Positions 11,940 to 24,473 are shown, numbered from the stretch's first letter. The stretch: 64,000 bases of DNA from an uncultured Hormoscilla sp. (GCA_963921275.4 OZ001293.3:5248001-5312000), one strand, 5' to 3'. Made by a program: numbers and translations. The notes: a model not told the origin generated them from the sequence alone.

Positions 11940-13667
11940 TAGGATAGCTTCCAGCCCTGAGGAGGTAACGCCGCTAGGAAAGATGTCCAGGGTTAGAACA
12001 CGCAAATCCTTGTAAGGGTCGTTAAACCAACCGGTGAAATAAGGCTGATACACCGGGCACAAAAGTGCAAAGCAGTTAGAGCTAATGCTGAGAATTCATT
12101 AGTTTTGTACACAAATAACTACTGGCCTAAAGAGGAGACCTAAAGACATCGTGAAATGACGTTTGGGAACGAAGTAACCTCCGTGGTTCTGTCTCTAGGG
12201 ACCAGTCAGATGTGAAGCGCATGACCGCGTGAGGAGAGATGGCCCGAGAAGCCAATGCCTAGGGTAATGCCTATGGATATGCAGACGCGGGTCGGTGATA
12301 GTAGGAAATCTCAGGAGAAAGTAGCTCTCTAAATGTACTAAGCCAGTGGCAACACTAGGAAGTAATGATGGACTAAAATCCTAACCAGGTAAAAACTTGA
12401 TGCCCCCAAGATATGGGCCCTGTTAGTAAAGAGCGGTTTAAGTGGTTTTTTTTCCAGTTCTCCCCCGCAAACCTTCCGGAGTTAGGTAATCAATTGGTTC
12501 ATCGACCAACCAAAAGGAGTAAAATTTCATGAGATAAGGGACAACGGGAGTAATCTCTAGTAATCCTACCCGTGACAAGGCCCTACTACCCAGTAGCCGG
12601 ATGCGGTGAAAGTCGCTCTTTAGGTTCCGAATGGGAGGGTTGGGGAGCGATTCCTAGCTTGACCCCTAATTTCCCTCATGTACAGGGGTGACACCGGCCC
12701 ACCGTTCCGGAAAAATCGGTGCTGTGGAGCAACATCACCATGGTGCTGAGCGAGGGCAAATGTAGGATAGCTTCCAGCCCTGAGGAGGTAACGCCGCTAG
12801 GAAAGATGTCCATGGTTAGAACAGGCAAATCCTTGTAAGGGTCGTTACCCAGAACCGGTGAAATAAGGCTGATACACCGGGCTCAAAAGTGTAAGCAGTT
12901 AGGACTAATGCTGTTGAATCATTAGTTTTGTACACAAACAACTGCCGGACTATAAAGGAGACCTAAAGACATCGTGAAATGACGTTTGGGAACGAAGTAA
13001 CCCCCGTGGCTCTGTCCTTATGGACCAGCGAGATGTGAAGCGCATGACCACGCTCTTAAGGATGGCCTAAGAAGCAAATGCCTGGGGTAATGCCTAGGAT
13101 ATGCAGACGTAGGTCGGTGATAGTAGGAAATCTCAGGAGAAAGTAGTTCTTATATGTGTTAAGCCAGTTCGCAAGAACCAGGAAGCAATGTGGATTAAAA
13201 TCCTAACCGGGTAAAAACATGGAAGCCCCTCAGATATGGGCAATGTTAGTAAAGAGTGGACCCAGGGTTTATCCTGTTATCCTCCATGAAGCTTCCGGAG
13301 TTAGGTACTCAATTAGTCTAGTTGACTGACCAACAAGGAACAAAATTTCATGAGACAAGGGACAACGGGAGTAATCCCTAGTAATCCTACCCATGACAAG
13401 GGCCTATTACCCAGTAGCCGTGTGCGATGAAAGTCGCTCTTCAGGTTCCGAATGGGAGGATTGGGAAGCGATTCCCAGCTCGACCCCTAACATGGATGCA
13501 TCCCAATCTAGCGGCTCGGAGTCTCCGGGAGCGCTACTCGCACTTCTCGGGGGACTCCGGCGAAGCATTCGGATATTAAATTTGTCGATTTATCCCATAA
13601 GCGATCCGCCCGAATGCTTCGCCCCTACAGGTTAATTTGTATAAATGGGATGCTCCCGTTTATTATT

Positions 13668-13880
13668 TTAGGCAGCAGGTCGATCGTATAACACTATTAG
13701 CTGTTCAGCCCGGAGTGCCAAACTGGCGTAGGTGCAGCCATCATTGTCGCTGAATTCCACTTCAAAAACATTTGGCGCTAAAATTTCGACCACTGTACCA
13801 ACTTGCCCTCGGCGCAAATCCCTATCGGGCAAATTATCAGTTAGCACTACGACATCAAGCATCTGGATGTTACTATTCAT
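13668..13880 (-). CDS. DUF4926 domain protein (putative antitoxin/immunity)
   Basis: LDVVVLTDNLP..LRRGQVGTVVE..FEVEFSD pattern; AGGAGG RBS. Confidence 0.8.
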   Translation of the reverse strand: MNSNIQMLDVVVLTDNLPDRDLRRGQVGTVVEILAPNVFEVEFSDNDGCTYASLALRAEQLIVLYDRPAA

Positions 13881-13892
13881 TTAATCTCCTCC

Positions 13893-14228
13893 TTATTTCA
13901 GAACATAACAACTGGTTAGTCGCAGGAAGTCTTCTCCTGGGCGAATGATCCAACTGCTACGAAATCTTGCCTATCCAGCTTGTCTGCTCATTTCCAAGTC
14001 TAACCTGTAGCGTTGACCATATTCATCCCGTTCAGTAGGAGTGGCATCGCCAGTACGGGCAGCTGCTAACAACTCCTCTCGCAATTCTTTAGCATTTTCA
14101 GCAGTCAGTCCTAGTATAACAGCAAAGACACGGGCTTTGTGCTGACCGCGTCCGTGATTGGGGTTCAAACAGTAGTCGCGAAGTTTCTCAATATCTACAA
14201 CTGCACGTTTAAAGTTTGGTAGTTTCAT
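13893..14228 (-). pseudogene. DUF6883-like putative nuclease toxin with an in-frame amber stop
   Basis: KLRDYCLNPNH..G.HKARVF; TAG at 13971-13973, then the frame continues SSWIIRPGEDFLRLTSCYV to a stop at 13893. Confidence 0.7.
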
Positions 14229-14320
14229 CCGTCACTCCCAGCATTGCTTCTCAAGCTTGACCTATCTGTACTATGATTATAAAGTATTTTTCCTGTTTTT
14301 GCGTTTTGCTAAAAAAAACC

Positions 14321-14802
14321 GTGAAAACTATATCGCAACTTGACGCGCCGAGCGTTCCCGATCGCAGCTTAGGCGGCTTTGACTTGAGAACTCCTATTCG
14401 CGACCTCAGTGATTTATTATTCGGCTTAGGTTCGTGGACAGAAGGGTTCTGTGAATTAGCTTCACCATTTGAAGCCCGGTATCGCCTGGGAAAAGGTGAA
14501 ATTGAACTTGCTGTTGACGTGAGAAATGGCAAGGTGTTTAAGATCGCAGCTTACTCGGGATACAAAGGAAAGCTATTCGACAAAATTGTTTTGGGGATGA
14601 GAGTGAAAGTAGCAATGGAGTATGAACCCAGGTTATTTTACAGTGAAGCAGAAGCAGCAATTCTCTGTCAGGATTTCACGGGTCTGACTCTGGACGTTCC
14701 TGAAATCCGCCACTGGAATCAATCCCAGATATGACGATTTCGGCAATTTCCGTACATATCGCAGAACTTTACACGCCGCAAGGCATGTCTGGCGAGTGGT
14801 AA
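14321..14802 (+). pseudogene. Hypothetical protein, probable 3' frameshift
   Basis: ORF 14273-14734; another frame continues LESIPDMTISAISVHIAELYTPQGMSGEW. Confidence 0.4.
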
Positions 14803-14856
14803 CCATAGTCTGTCACCATCTTGACCCACAAAAAGGGCTGACATTTCCCCATTGAC

Positions 14857-16064
14857 TCACTCCTCTGTCGATAGCCAGTCTTCTAACTTGAGTCCCGGAA
14901 CCCGCAGCATGTCGGAATCGTGAGAAACTAGAGTCAAGTCACGGGCGATCGCCGTTGCCGCGATTAAAATATCTGTATCCTCTAGCAGAGTTCCCTTACC
15001 TCTTAAATCTGCATGAATTAATGCCGCGCTTTCGATTATCTCGATTTCATCTAACAATGCCACGGTAACCGCTTCGCAAAAGCTATTAAAATCAGACAGT
15101 TTCCTGGTAGCATTGGCATACAACAAGCCTCTCTTGGTCTCATAATAGCTGATAATGTGCGATGAGTTCTAGCCTAACGTAGTCAAACGCGGAACGCTAG
15201 CCTAGGAAACTAGTAACTCTGGTATTCATGGGGGTTAAATTCCCTCTCCCCAAGTACGGGGGTAACACCGGTCCTCGGTACTGCGGGGTAACATCACCGT
15301 GGTGCTAAGCGAGAACTTAAATGTAGGATAGCTGGTAGCCTAAACCGGTAACTCCGCGCTCTCAGATGTCCAAGGTTAGAACAAGCAAACCTATGAGAGC
15401 CTCGTAACTATTAATCGGCGAAATAAGGCTTTATGCGCCGGAGACAAAAGTCACTGTAGTTAGTGTTAGTTGTATTATCTGGCTAACAACGTACTCAAAT
15501 AACTACCGGGGTGTAGTAGGAACCTAAAGGCATCGCGCTCCGGAGACCAGGGAACGAAGTAACCCCTCGTGGGCTGTCCAACTGGACCAGTCAGATGTGA
15601 AGCGTATGCCACGAGAGGGAGCCCAAGCCTGCCCTCAAGAAGCTAATGCCTGGGCGGTGTCTGGAGCCTGCCGAGTCCTTCAGGACAAGAGCATGCGGAA
15701 GACGCCGAGTAATGCCCGGGATACGCCGACGTGCGGTGAGGGTGGGTGATAGTAGGAAGTCTCAGGTAGAAAGTAAATCTGAAAATGTTATGAACCCTTC
15801 ACTATAGGTGATGAGGTATAGATGTAAAGGAGCAAAATCGCATGGGATTTGTCGCGAGTGCCGATATGCCTAAGGACAAGCCCCAGCGGTGAAAGTCGCT
15901 CTTTAGGTTCCGAACGGGAGGGTCGGAGGGTGACTTCCGGCTCGACCCCTAATACTTATATACAGCTTTTCTCCCCAAAACTTCGCCTCCTCTATTTTCT
16001 CTCTAATTTTTTCATCATTCTTCAAATGAGCCGCGATAATCTTCGTATCTAGCAGATAACTCAT
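14857..16064 (-). pseudogene. vapC: VapC/PIN toxin split by an antisense group II intron
   Basis: MSYLLDTKII...KLYIS (16064-15954) joins in frame to IISYYETKRG...DILIAATA..LVSHD (15156-14857). Confidence 0.88.
15157..15953 (+). mobile_element. ORF-less group II intron (797 nt) with degenerate DV
   Basis: GTGCGATGAG start; ends CTCGACCCCTAAT; EBS1 ATTATC / IBS1 GATAAT and EBS2 CTATTA / IBS2 TAATAG pair perfectly. Confidence 0.92.
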
Positions 16065-16072
16065 TGCCAATT

Positions 16073-16375
16073 TTACCTTCCTTCTACTGCTGCGTCGAAC
16101 CTTTCGATTTGCTCTGGAGTTAGGTCTAAAAGCATCCCTGCCGTCGCCTCGATCGCCATTACACCCTTGATCCTTTCTGCCAGTCCCTCTTCATCCAGAG
16201 AAATAATATTTTCTGGAGAAACCTTATCTAACAGTTTAGAAAATATTTGCATCAGATCGTCTAGTTTAAGTTTCTCTTGATAGAGAGCATTGCTTTGCAT
16301 AAACTTATCGACCAAATTCGCTATCCGAATCATTGCTGTATCTTTTGCCGCTCCAACTTGAGTTACTTGAGTCAT
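16073..16375 (-). CDS. Putative antitoxin upstream of vapC
   Basis: AGGAGG RBS before ATG 16375; acidic C-terminus LLDLTPEQIERFDAAVEGR; operon geometry with vapC. Confidence 0.65.
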   Translation of the reverse strand: MTQVTQVGAAKDTAMIRIANLVDKFMQSNALYQEKLKLDDLMQIFSKLLDKVSPENIISLDEEGLAERIKGVMAIEATAGMLLDLTPEQIERFDAAVEGR

Positions 16376-16409
16376 ATGTCCTCCTTGTCGTCTAGTTGAC
16401 ACTAAAAAT

Positions 16410-17441
16410 AGACATCTCCAAAATATAAATTTCTGCTATAATAAGATTTGAAAATTTAATTTTGTGACGAGTATTACCTGGACATATTTGCAAGCCAAGC
16501 CTAAAGAAGCAAAACGGCTCATCGGTATCAGCTATGAAAACTTAATACAACTTATTGCAATTGCTGTTGGATAAAAATCATAAAGAAAAGGTGGAAGAAC
16601 ACAAAACTAGATTGATACGTCGAGGGGCGAAACCTAAATTATTAGTAGAAGAGCAAATAATTTTAAATTTGATGTGTCAAGGATTAACATTCCAAGTATT
16701 AGGTATACTTTTTGGGTAAAAGCTAATGATATTTTTAATTATTGGCAAGATCTTTTCCGCTTTGCCGTTTACTTGAACAAAAAAAATGGAGAAGATGAAG
16801 AATATTTATCCAAACACAGAATATGAGTTGATAGTCGATGAGCAAGCCATACCAAGACCTAAAGACTATGAAGAGCAGAAAAAGTTTTACTCAGGTAAGA
16901 AGAAATACTTTGAAAAATTAATTAATTGTTTTACCTGGTAGCGTGCAGATCTTGTCGATGTTGTATCTGGAGAAAGAGGCCCAGCAAGCGATATAAATCT
17001 TGCGAGCGTCGTTTTCGATCCAGATCAAATTTTTGCAGGGGATAAAGCCTATATTGGAGAACCTCAAATAAAAACAACCGAAAAAACAGGAATTAACAGC
17101 TAAACAAAAAGAATAAAATAGAGATTTTTCTTCCCGTTTTCGTTGAACACGCCATAAGATTGGTTTTTCCGGGTTGCCAGCGAGCGATTTCGGTTAAATA
17201 TTGATAAATATGAATCAGTAATTTCGACAAAAGTTGGGTTGGTTAGATTGCGCGAATTTTAGAAGTATTAGAATCTGTTGATAGCTCTGAAAAACTTGAG
17301 ATTAACCAGTACCACCTTTGGATCTCTTTATTAACAGGAAATCTATCAAACCCCGATTCTGCCGTTTGAGTAACATATGTGATCATGGGAGGTAGAGCTT
17401 AAAACCCAGAGCTGACAAGGGTTTTATTTTTGGAGATGTCT
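16410..17441 (+). mobile_element. IS5-family (ISL2-like) element, degenerate
   Basis: TIR AGACATCTCCAAAA / TTTTGGAGATGTCT; 3-bp TSD AAT; fragments YSGKKK, GDKAYIG and VEHAI. Confidence 0.75.
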
Positions 17442-17600
17442 AATTATCTAGTCCCGTTTTTAATTATCGCCTGTAATAGGGGGGCGATCTCTTTACCCTT
17501 CCACTTGTTCTGGGCCACTTTCTTTCGGGTGTGGTCAAAACCCGTTGATCAAGCATGGGATCTCCCGATCGCCGGATTCTCCCAAACCCTCGGATCCCCC

Positions 17601-17993
17601 CTAACCCCCCTTAAAAAGGATCGTCTCTGTGGGGATGTCGATGCTAACCTGGAATATGGCTTTCCCCACCTTGATGATATCGCCAGCTTTTAAGTCATGT
17701 TCGGGAAAAGTTATCCCTGCAGCTTCTTCTGGAGTTTGATCCTTTTGGCGCTGTCCAATTTTTTCCCCATTCAGGTAAGTGCCGTTTTTGCTGCCAAAGT
17801 CCCGCACTCGGATGTTGGGAGGGTTGATGTCTAGCAAACAGTGATAGCGGGAGATGCTGCGATGCTGTTCGTCATCGGGTATTTTAATCTGGCAGTCTTG
17901 GGCCCGACCGATGATGCAGGTGGTGCGTTCTGCAAAGATATATTCGAGTCCTTGCAGGTCTCCTTCCGTGATGGTGAGAGTGATTTTTGACAT
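17601..17993 (-). pseudogene. FHA-domain protein, probably the truncated N-terminus of an FHA-kinase
   Basis: IIGR...ISRYHC...RDFGSKNGT FHA motifs; ends in a CCCCCTAACCCCCCTTAAAAAG repeat. Confidence 0.7.
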
Positions 17994-18504
17994 ATTTATC
18001 CCTTCGCAATTCACAATTCGCCATAGGGCTACACTGGGTAAACCCCATTCGTCAATTATAACTGTAAGGATCCTGTTTATACGGCAGGAAGGGAGCTGAA
18101 AAGGGAGCATCCCAGTTTTACACTAAGTAATTGTACTTAGTGTACGCCATTAAGATAAGCACAGCGTAAGCGAAGCATTTGGTTAACTGTCCAACTGTAT
18201 TAAGTAAATGCTTCTGACTACCATTTTCTCTGCTTTCAAAGTCTTGAAGATGCTCTTGTGTCTGCATAGAGGAGTTTTGATAATTCTTTGAGATGGTATT
18301 TAAGTTTTTGATTTTCTTCTGGGGTCATGTAGCCTGCTCTACCGTGGATATTTTTTCCATATTACCAGAATAACTTTTTTCTCGCTTAGCTTGCCGCTGC
18401 GGGAGTTGTGCAACTGGTCGATGAGAGCAAAGCCTTACCCTGCAAGGACTCAGCGCCGCCATCTCCCAACGGAAGGAAATTTGCACAAATGTATAGGACA
18501 CAAA

Positions 18505-18900
18505 TCACGAGTATTTATACTCATTGCCAAAGTGGGATGCTCTCGCTGAAAATCTTGAATACTTGACTTCACCACTGGATGGGGGCAGTTCTGTTATGGC
18601 GATCGTGCCCGTATTTACATCCTCGAAATAGATCTCGTTACCCATGCGTCCCTGGACGTGGAATGGGCCATGAAAAAACTTATATTCGGGAATGTCGATC
18701 AGGAGTAGGTCACGGATAATCACTTCTGAAGCGAATATTTGCTTACAAATCTCGGGGATGATGGCCTCTAGTAATGGACTCTGGCTCCGATCGCCGTATT
18801 CTATAAACTCGGGGTGATCGGCGAAGTGGTCCATGAAAAATTTCCAGATGTTGGATAAGTCTTTTTCCTTGACAAGTATTTGCTTTAGTTCGTCGTTCAA
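18505..18900 (-). CDS. Hypothetical protein
   Basis: 131-aa ORF with protein-like composition; start uncertain. Confidence 0.6.
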   Translation of the reverse strand: MNDELKQILVKEKDLSNIWKFFMDHFADHPEFIEYGDRSQSPLLEAIIPEICKQIFASEVIIRDLLLIDIPEYKFFHGPFHVQGRMGNEIYFEDVNTGTIAITELPPSSGEVKYSRFSARASHFGNEYKYS

Positions 18901-19154
18901 TCTTCATCTTCATAGGGTTTCCGAGGGAGAGAATCTTACTGCACTACTATACTCGATATCTGCGATCGACTGACGGTCCTGGATGATGACATCCCTTATT
19001 TTGGGCGCGATCGGGCCCCACGCAGTCTGCTGGTGCGATCGCGCCCAGATGACCTACTGCTATTATACCTGACTGGAGGAAGAGCCTCACGAGCCCATTC
19101 CCTGTCAGAGACCTTGTCATTATCCACATTTTTTCAAGTAATCTTTGTGGCAAG

Positions 19155-20714
19155 CTCTACACCTATGCACAAGTCTTGGAACCTCCGCCAGCCCCGCCGT
19201 CTGCCAGCCAGGGTTACCATCTCCAGAACGACCAATGAAACCACCTTTCGCGAGCGATACTTTTCCAAAATTCTGCGGTTGTCAAATTATCATCGGGTAA
19301 ATTGAGATGCGCTACTAACACTTTTAAGCACTTGATGGGAATCAACTTAGAAGCTGGAAGTTCTGGAGTAGTACGGCGCTCGATTACGTAATTGTAACAA
19401 CCGATCCTGATACAATTGCTAAAAATCCCAGTAATGCTAATAACCCTGATGCTGTCTCTAGCTGCCGTTTCTCTATGGCACAACCAGTCTTCATGCATTT
19501 GTGATATTCGCACAATTTTCCAACTATACCAGTCTAATTGTTGTAAAGCATCCTCCGCATCTTGCACCTTCACAGTTGTAAATAAAATCCATTCTAATCC
19601 ATCATCAACTCCCGCTTCCCAACAACGAATGCACCATCCTGAGATGGTTTCTTCTTTTGAATAAGGACTGTTTAATGGTGGGTGAATGGTCAGCCCAAGC
19701 CACTTCCAACTTGACTGTACGTTGGGGTTCTCCATTACGACCACGTAACACCATCGTTTTATAAGTCATGCTCTCCAGAGTGCGAGCATAGGTTTTAAGG
19801 TTACTTTTAGTCCCCGAGGCCGTTGTCATCACTCGATGAAGACAAATTCTCACCAAGCCATGCCACCCTAAAGCTTGTGAAGGTTTAATGTCATCGAATA
19901 CATCACTCTCTATATCTCCAACACTCACCCATAACGACCCTGTTGTTAATAATGGAGTCCTACCTATTGACTCCACCATTTCCGCCCATTTGTCTCCTTC
20001 TGTACGAACATTTCCTTTTTTCGTTGGCGATAGGTTTTTTTCTCTTTTTTTGGCTCTAGACACATCCAAGTCTCCTGACCTGCTAGACCTAATATTTCTG
20101 GGTTGTCTGGTTTTGGGATAACTGCTAGACTACTATATACCATTATTCCTCTACCTTTACCATTTCCAATATATCCTATACCTTTTATGTCTTGACGCTG
20201 ACTATAATCTAATTCCGTAGTATCTTGCAGAAACAACACTACTGATGAATCACTTTCTCTAGCCCTCTCAATGGTCTTTTCCCAATGAGGTTTACTTAAC
20301 ATGAGTTACAAATGAGGTTTACTTAACATGAGTCACATCAGAAGAATTTAACAATCGATAAGCTGCTATAGCTTGACTCCATTGAGTCATTTGTTCAGGC
20401 CTACTGGCTGTTGGATTAGCTGCCATTGCCGCTCCCACTTTAATAGCTCTTTGTGTGCGACGGCTATCTCCCAAATCACAGGTTGACCATTGGGAAGTGG
20501 CCTATTTATTAATGTCTATTAACTCCTGCTGATTCATCATGTGTGATTTTTACTACAATTATTGCCTTGGGTGTGAGGAGACCGGTATACTACCGCAGTA
20601 TAACGGGGAAGTGAATCACCTATCACTGGCAGTATCAAGTTCCAGGCGATGTCCCACGTATGTGGGTGAAAACTACCCTATTTCCAGCTTAACACAAAAT
20701 GTGGGTAATGACAA
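19155..20714 (-). mobile_element. IS4-family (IS50/Tn5-like) element, degenerate
   Basis: DLGDSRRTQR, LFLQDTTELDY and LEWILFTT fragments; internal 23-bp duplication near 20284-20333. Confidence 0.8.
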
Positions 20715-20737
20715 TGCCAGAGACTGGGAACGAGGGA

Positions 20738-21663
20738 GTGCGATTCGTTCCGGCATAAGCCAGTAGGTGAAAGTCGGGTCTGGCTCTATCAGCCAGATAA
20801 CTCTGGTTATCATGGGGGTTAAATTCCCTTTCCCCAGGTACGGGGGTCGAGGGTACTACCGGTCGGAGGTGCTACGGAGCCACATCGCCGTGGTGCCTCC
20901 CGAGGACTTAAATGTAGGATAACTGGCAGCCTAAGCCGGTGACGCCGCTAGGAAAGATGCTAATGGTTAAACAAGCGAACCTATGTAAACCTCGTTAACC
21001 AGAACCAGCGGAAGAAGGCTTATGCGCTTGCCCAAAAAGGGAAATGGTAGTTAGTATTAGCTCTTGCCTCTGGCTAATAACGTACTCAAAGAACTCCCGG
21101 GGTATAGTAGGAACCTAAAAGCATCGTGAAATGATACTAAGGGAACGAAGTAACCTCTCGTGAGCTGTCCCCATTTGGACAAGTTAGATGTAAAGCGCAA
21201 GCCACGAAGAAGAAGGATGTCCTAAGAAGCTAACGCCCAGGGTAATGCCTGTGGATATGCAGACGTAGGACGGATATGGTAAGACACCCTTGGGAAAAGT
21301 AACCTTAATGTCACAGAACTAGGGAGAAATTCCGAAAGTACGAATTTTGGATTCAAATCTTAGCCAGGTAAAGTTCAGAGCCCTTACGAAAAGCGGAAAG
21401 CAGAATGGGGAAGATGTTAGTAAAGAGCGGCGAGTATGGTTTGCTGAACTATCCTCCGCGAACCTTCCGCAGCTCAGTACTTAAACGGTCCAATAGGATT
21501 GACCATAAGGGGTAAAATTTCAAAGGGTAAGGGACAACGGGGGTAACCCCCAGTAATCCTACTGATGACAACAGCTTACCAACCAGTAGCCGTGTGCGGT
21601 TCCAGTCGCTCTTCAGGTTTCGCTCTTGGAGGGTTGGGGAGTGATTCCCAGCTCGACCCCGAC
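20738..21663 (+). mobile_element. ORF-less group II intron (926 nt)
   Basis: GTGCGATTCG start; ends CTCGACCCCGAC; EBS1 TGCCTC vs exon GAGGGA (5/6). Confidence 0.9.
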
Positions 21664-21699
21664 CAAATCATGCTCCCTTGATAGGGAACATGATTTTTG

Positions 21700-21960
21700 A
21701 TAATCACGACTGCACTTTGCTAATTTTTGCCGATATTCTAGCCATTACTTCCTTATGAGGGATTAATTCTCCCCGGTCCGCTGCTTCAATTCCTTTCTTG
21801 ATTTCTGCGATTTGCCATGCTTCCTCTTCTAAAAACTGTCCGATCGCTTGATTGACCAGACAATCGATCTACAGATTCATTTGCTTGGCCAAGCCAAATT
21901 ATCTAGCTTTTTTTGTTTTTTCAAGTATATTCTGATCGTAAATTATGCTGAATTGCCCAT
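21700..21960 (-). pseudogene. CopG/RHH-type antitoxin remnant
   Basis: NQAIGQFLEEEAWQIAEIKKGIEAADRGELIPHKEVM. Confidence 0.6.
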
Positions 21961-22509
21961 GAAATTTATCCCCTGTGCCTATTGAAAATTATCCTATCTC
22001 TCGTTGCCTGACTCTGGCAGACAACGCAATGCCAGAGGCTCTGCCTCTAGTTTTTTCCTGACTGAATATGTTATTATCAGAAAATATTCCATTCTTGTCA
22101 AAGCCCAAATCATTGGTACATTAATCTTTATCCTAGACTAGAGGCAGAACTCTCAACTCTCGGGTGCAACGATAATGGGGTGCATCTCACTTTTGACATT
22201 CGTAGGTTGAGTTGACGCCCTTGAAACCCAACAAGTCCAACGCCAACAACATATCTTTGTTGGGTTTCGTGCCTCAACCCAACCTACGACATTAAGATTT
22301 TTGCTTCTATGAGATGCACCCCGATAATGCATTTAATCTAGCCTGCGCAGGCGGGCTTTGTTTGTGTAGCCGGGCCCTTTAGGGTTCGGGCTGTGTCCCT
22401 CGGGTAGTGCGACTAGCGCTCCCGGGGGACACAGAAGGCTAAGCAAATATGAGATGCGCCCTAACTCTCTGGCATAATTTCAATGCACCCAAACGGCCAA
22501 AGGATGAGG

Positions 22510-23250
22510 CGGGTTTTCAACTTGCGCCTACTCAACCGCCCCACCCAGTTGATTTTCGGACGGAGTTTTCCCCATCGCTGGAACAGGTCTGGGTGGTGAT
22601 AAACATGTAGTGATGCACCATCTATCCCGACAAACATTCATTGTAATGATGAACAAAGTACCAAATAGCTTTTTTTTCTTTTGTTGCTCAGATAAATTGA
22701 CGACCGGAAACCATTTTTCTATGAGTTTCAGGTAGGACACCAAATAATCCTATTCATATCCGAGGGGTTGGTTGGCCTGTTCTTCATTCATAAGTAATCC
22801 TTATCATTCGTGCTCGCTAACCACCTATATAGCCTAACCTGTCAAAAAAACCTGAGTAAAAATACTCAGGTGCTCGACTTTTGCAAGAGGTCTAATAGAC
22901 AACTCCTAACACAAATAGCTTTAACCAGTCTCCTCCCGCTTCTGTCTCCCACCAGGAGGATTCTGGATGCTGATCTCGACGCGCAATCGCTTGTTGATGG
23001 CGTCCGACGCTACTTTTTGGTAGATCGGTTGCTTCGGCAATCGCAAGAGATGCTTTTGATACCCTCTTTCTGAAGACATTTGGCGACGGCGGAACACCGT
23101 TGTCGTATAGTAAGACTCATCGTTCCCGATTCGCAGATTTACAAGGGATACAATACCAATCCCTGTGACCTATCGCAGGGATTTTTTTGAGAGTGTTTTT
23201 TTATACACGTCATCGCCGAATTTTTTGTCCCGCTTTACGCTGATAGCCCT
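22510..23250 (-). mobile_element. DUF6399-type transposase-like element fragment (left part)
   Basis: KCLQKEGIKS...PESSWWETEA fragments; related to 35613-35915. Confidence 0.55.
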
Positions 23251-23636
23251 TTTTTCTACCCATGACTTTCAGTTTTTTTGTCCCGCTTTACGCTGATACC
23301 TCGCCGTTTCATCAACCATTATAAAAAAGGACAGCGTGCCATATAGCTTGCCCTATCTACGTTCTAACCCGCGTTGTCCCCCTATCAGATTTCCTCTACG
23401 AGATCTAGAATGCCCATAATTGATTTCTACTGGTTGAGTCTCCATAACTCTACCAGTATATAACATTCCTGTGGCCAAGCCTGCGGGAGTGTTTTTTTGT
23501 CCCACCTCTGTTCCCTTGTTCGTATTTCTAATGGCATACATCGAAAGAACTTCCCACTGGACAGTATTTATGTATCTTTATTATATACCATGTGAGCTTT
23601 TTTACACCCTTTTCTACTTTTAAAACAGCCTCTAAG

Positions 23637-24473
23637 GTTTAAATGCATATGTTCCTTATGCATGGCAAGAACAGGTCGAAGTTGTCGAGATGAAAAGTAA
23701 AAAAAGTAGACGATTAAATGTCTGAGTATTTTTGAACCGCAAGAATGAAATAGAGCCTTACTTATTTGAGTGCCGGCTCAATAGTGAGGTGGTCATATCA
23801 TGTATAGATGATTTTTGCTCGAAATTAGAGAAAAAAACAGTGTTGGTGATGGATAATGCTTCTACCCATACGAGTAATGCAGTAAAGAATAAACAAGAAG
23901 AATGGGAAAAAAAACTTTGACAATATTTTCCTTGCCCACCTATTCTACGGAATTAAATATCATTTAAATTTTGTGGCTATTTCTTAAATATGAGTGGTTA
24001 AATATTGATGCCTATGAGATTTGGAAAAGTTTAGTTAAAGCGGTGGAAGATGTGCTTTGAGGCGTTGAAAAAAATCTAAAATTAATTTTGCCTAACTACT
24101 TAAGTCTGAGACGTTGGTCCGTCTGGTGGCAAAACGAGAGAATTTGGATTTGGCTTTAGGCGAGAAGGAAAACTCTGGCATTCTCAAATCGATGGCCATC
24201 CGCATGGAGTTTCTCAGGGATCCGCAACGACGGATCCGCTTTATCTATCTCCCCAAACATACCTCTTGGCTCAATCAGATAGAATGCTGGTTCTCGATTC
24301 TGGTCAGACGGCTGCTGAAACGGGGCAATTTCACCTCGACTATGATCTCCAACAGCAAATAGAGGCATTCTGAGAATATTTCAATCGACGCTGGGCCAAA
24401 CCATTCAACTGGAAGTTCCAGGGCTTTAAAGAAGCTTGTAATACTGGGTAGTTATTTCTGCCCGGAGGCACTA
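23637..24473 (+). mobile_element. Two abutted IS630-family 3' fragments
   Basis: VLVMDNASTH...LPTYSTELN, then [15 protein letters not shown]. Confidence 0.7.

Larger units (their letters stand above)
10757..12670 (+). mobile_element. Inner ORF-less group II intron of the twintron, interrupted by IS982
   Basis: Second GTGCGATTCG 90 nt into the outer intron; ends GACCCCTAAT; EBS1 GAGAAT vs target ATTCCC (5/6). Confidence 0.9.
10667..13491 (+). mobile_element. Outer ORF-less group II intron of a twintron (10667-10756 + 12671-13491)
   Basis: GTGCGATTCG start; resumes after the inner intron; DV/DVI at 13416-13491 ending CGACCCCTAAC; EBS1 GTTGAA (12913-12918) pairs with exon TTTAAT. Confidence 0.9.

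Noticed and set aside
13393..13635. Short ORFs over intron ends (also 903-1094, 15849-16052, 33744-33977, 35574-35852)
   Set aside because: Largely translations of DV/DVI RNA structure
23353..23632. Possible TnpB/omega-RNA remnant or small gene
   Set aside because: No recognisable motif; lies next to an IS5-like end (GAGGCTGTTTTAAAAG)
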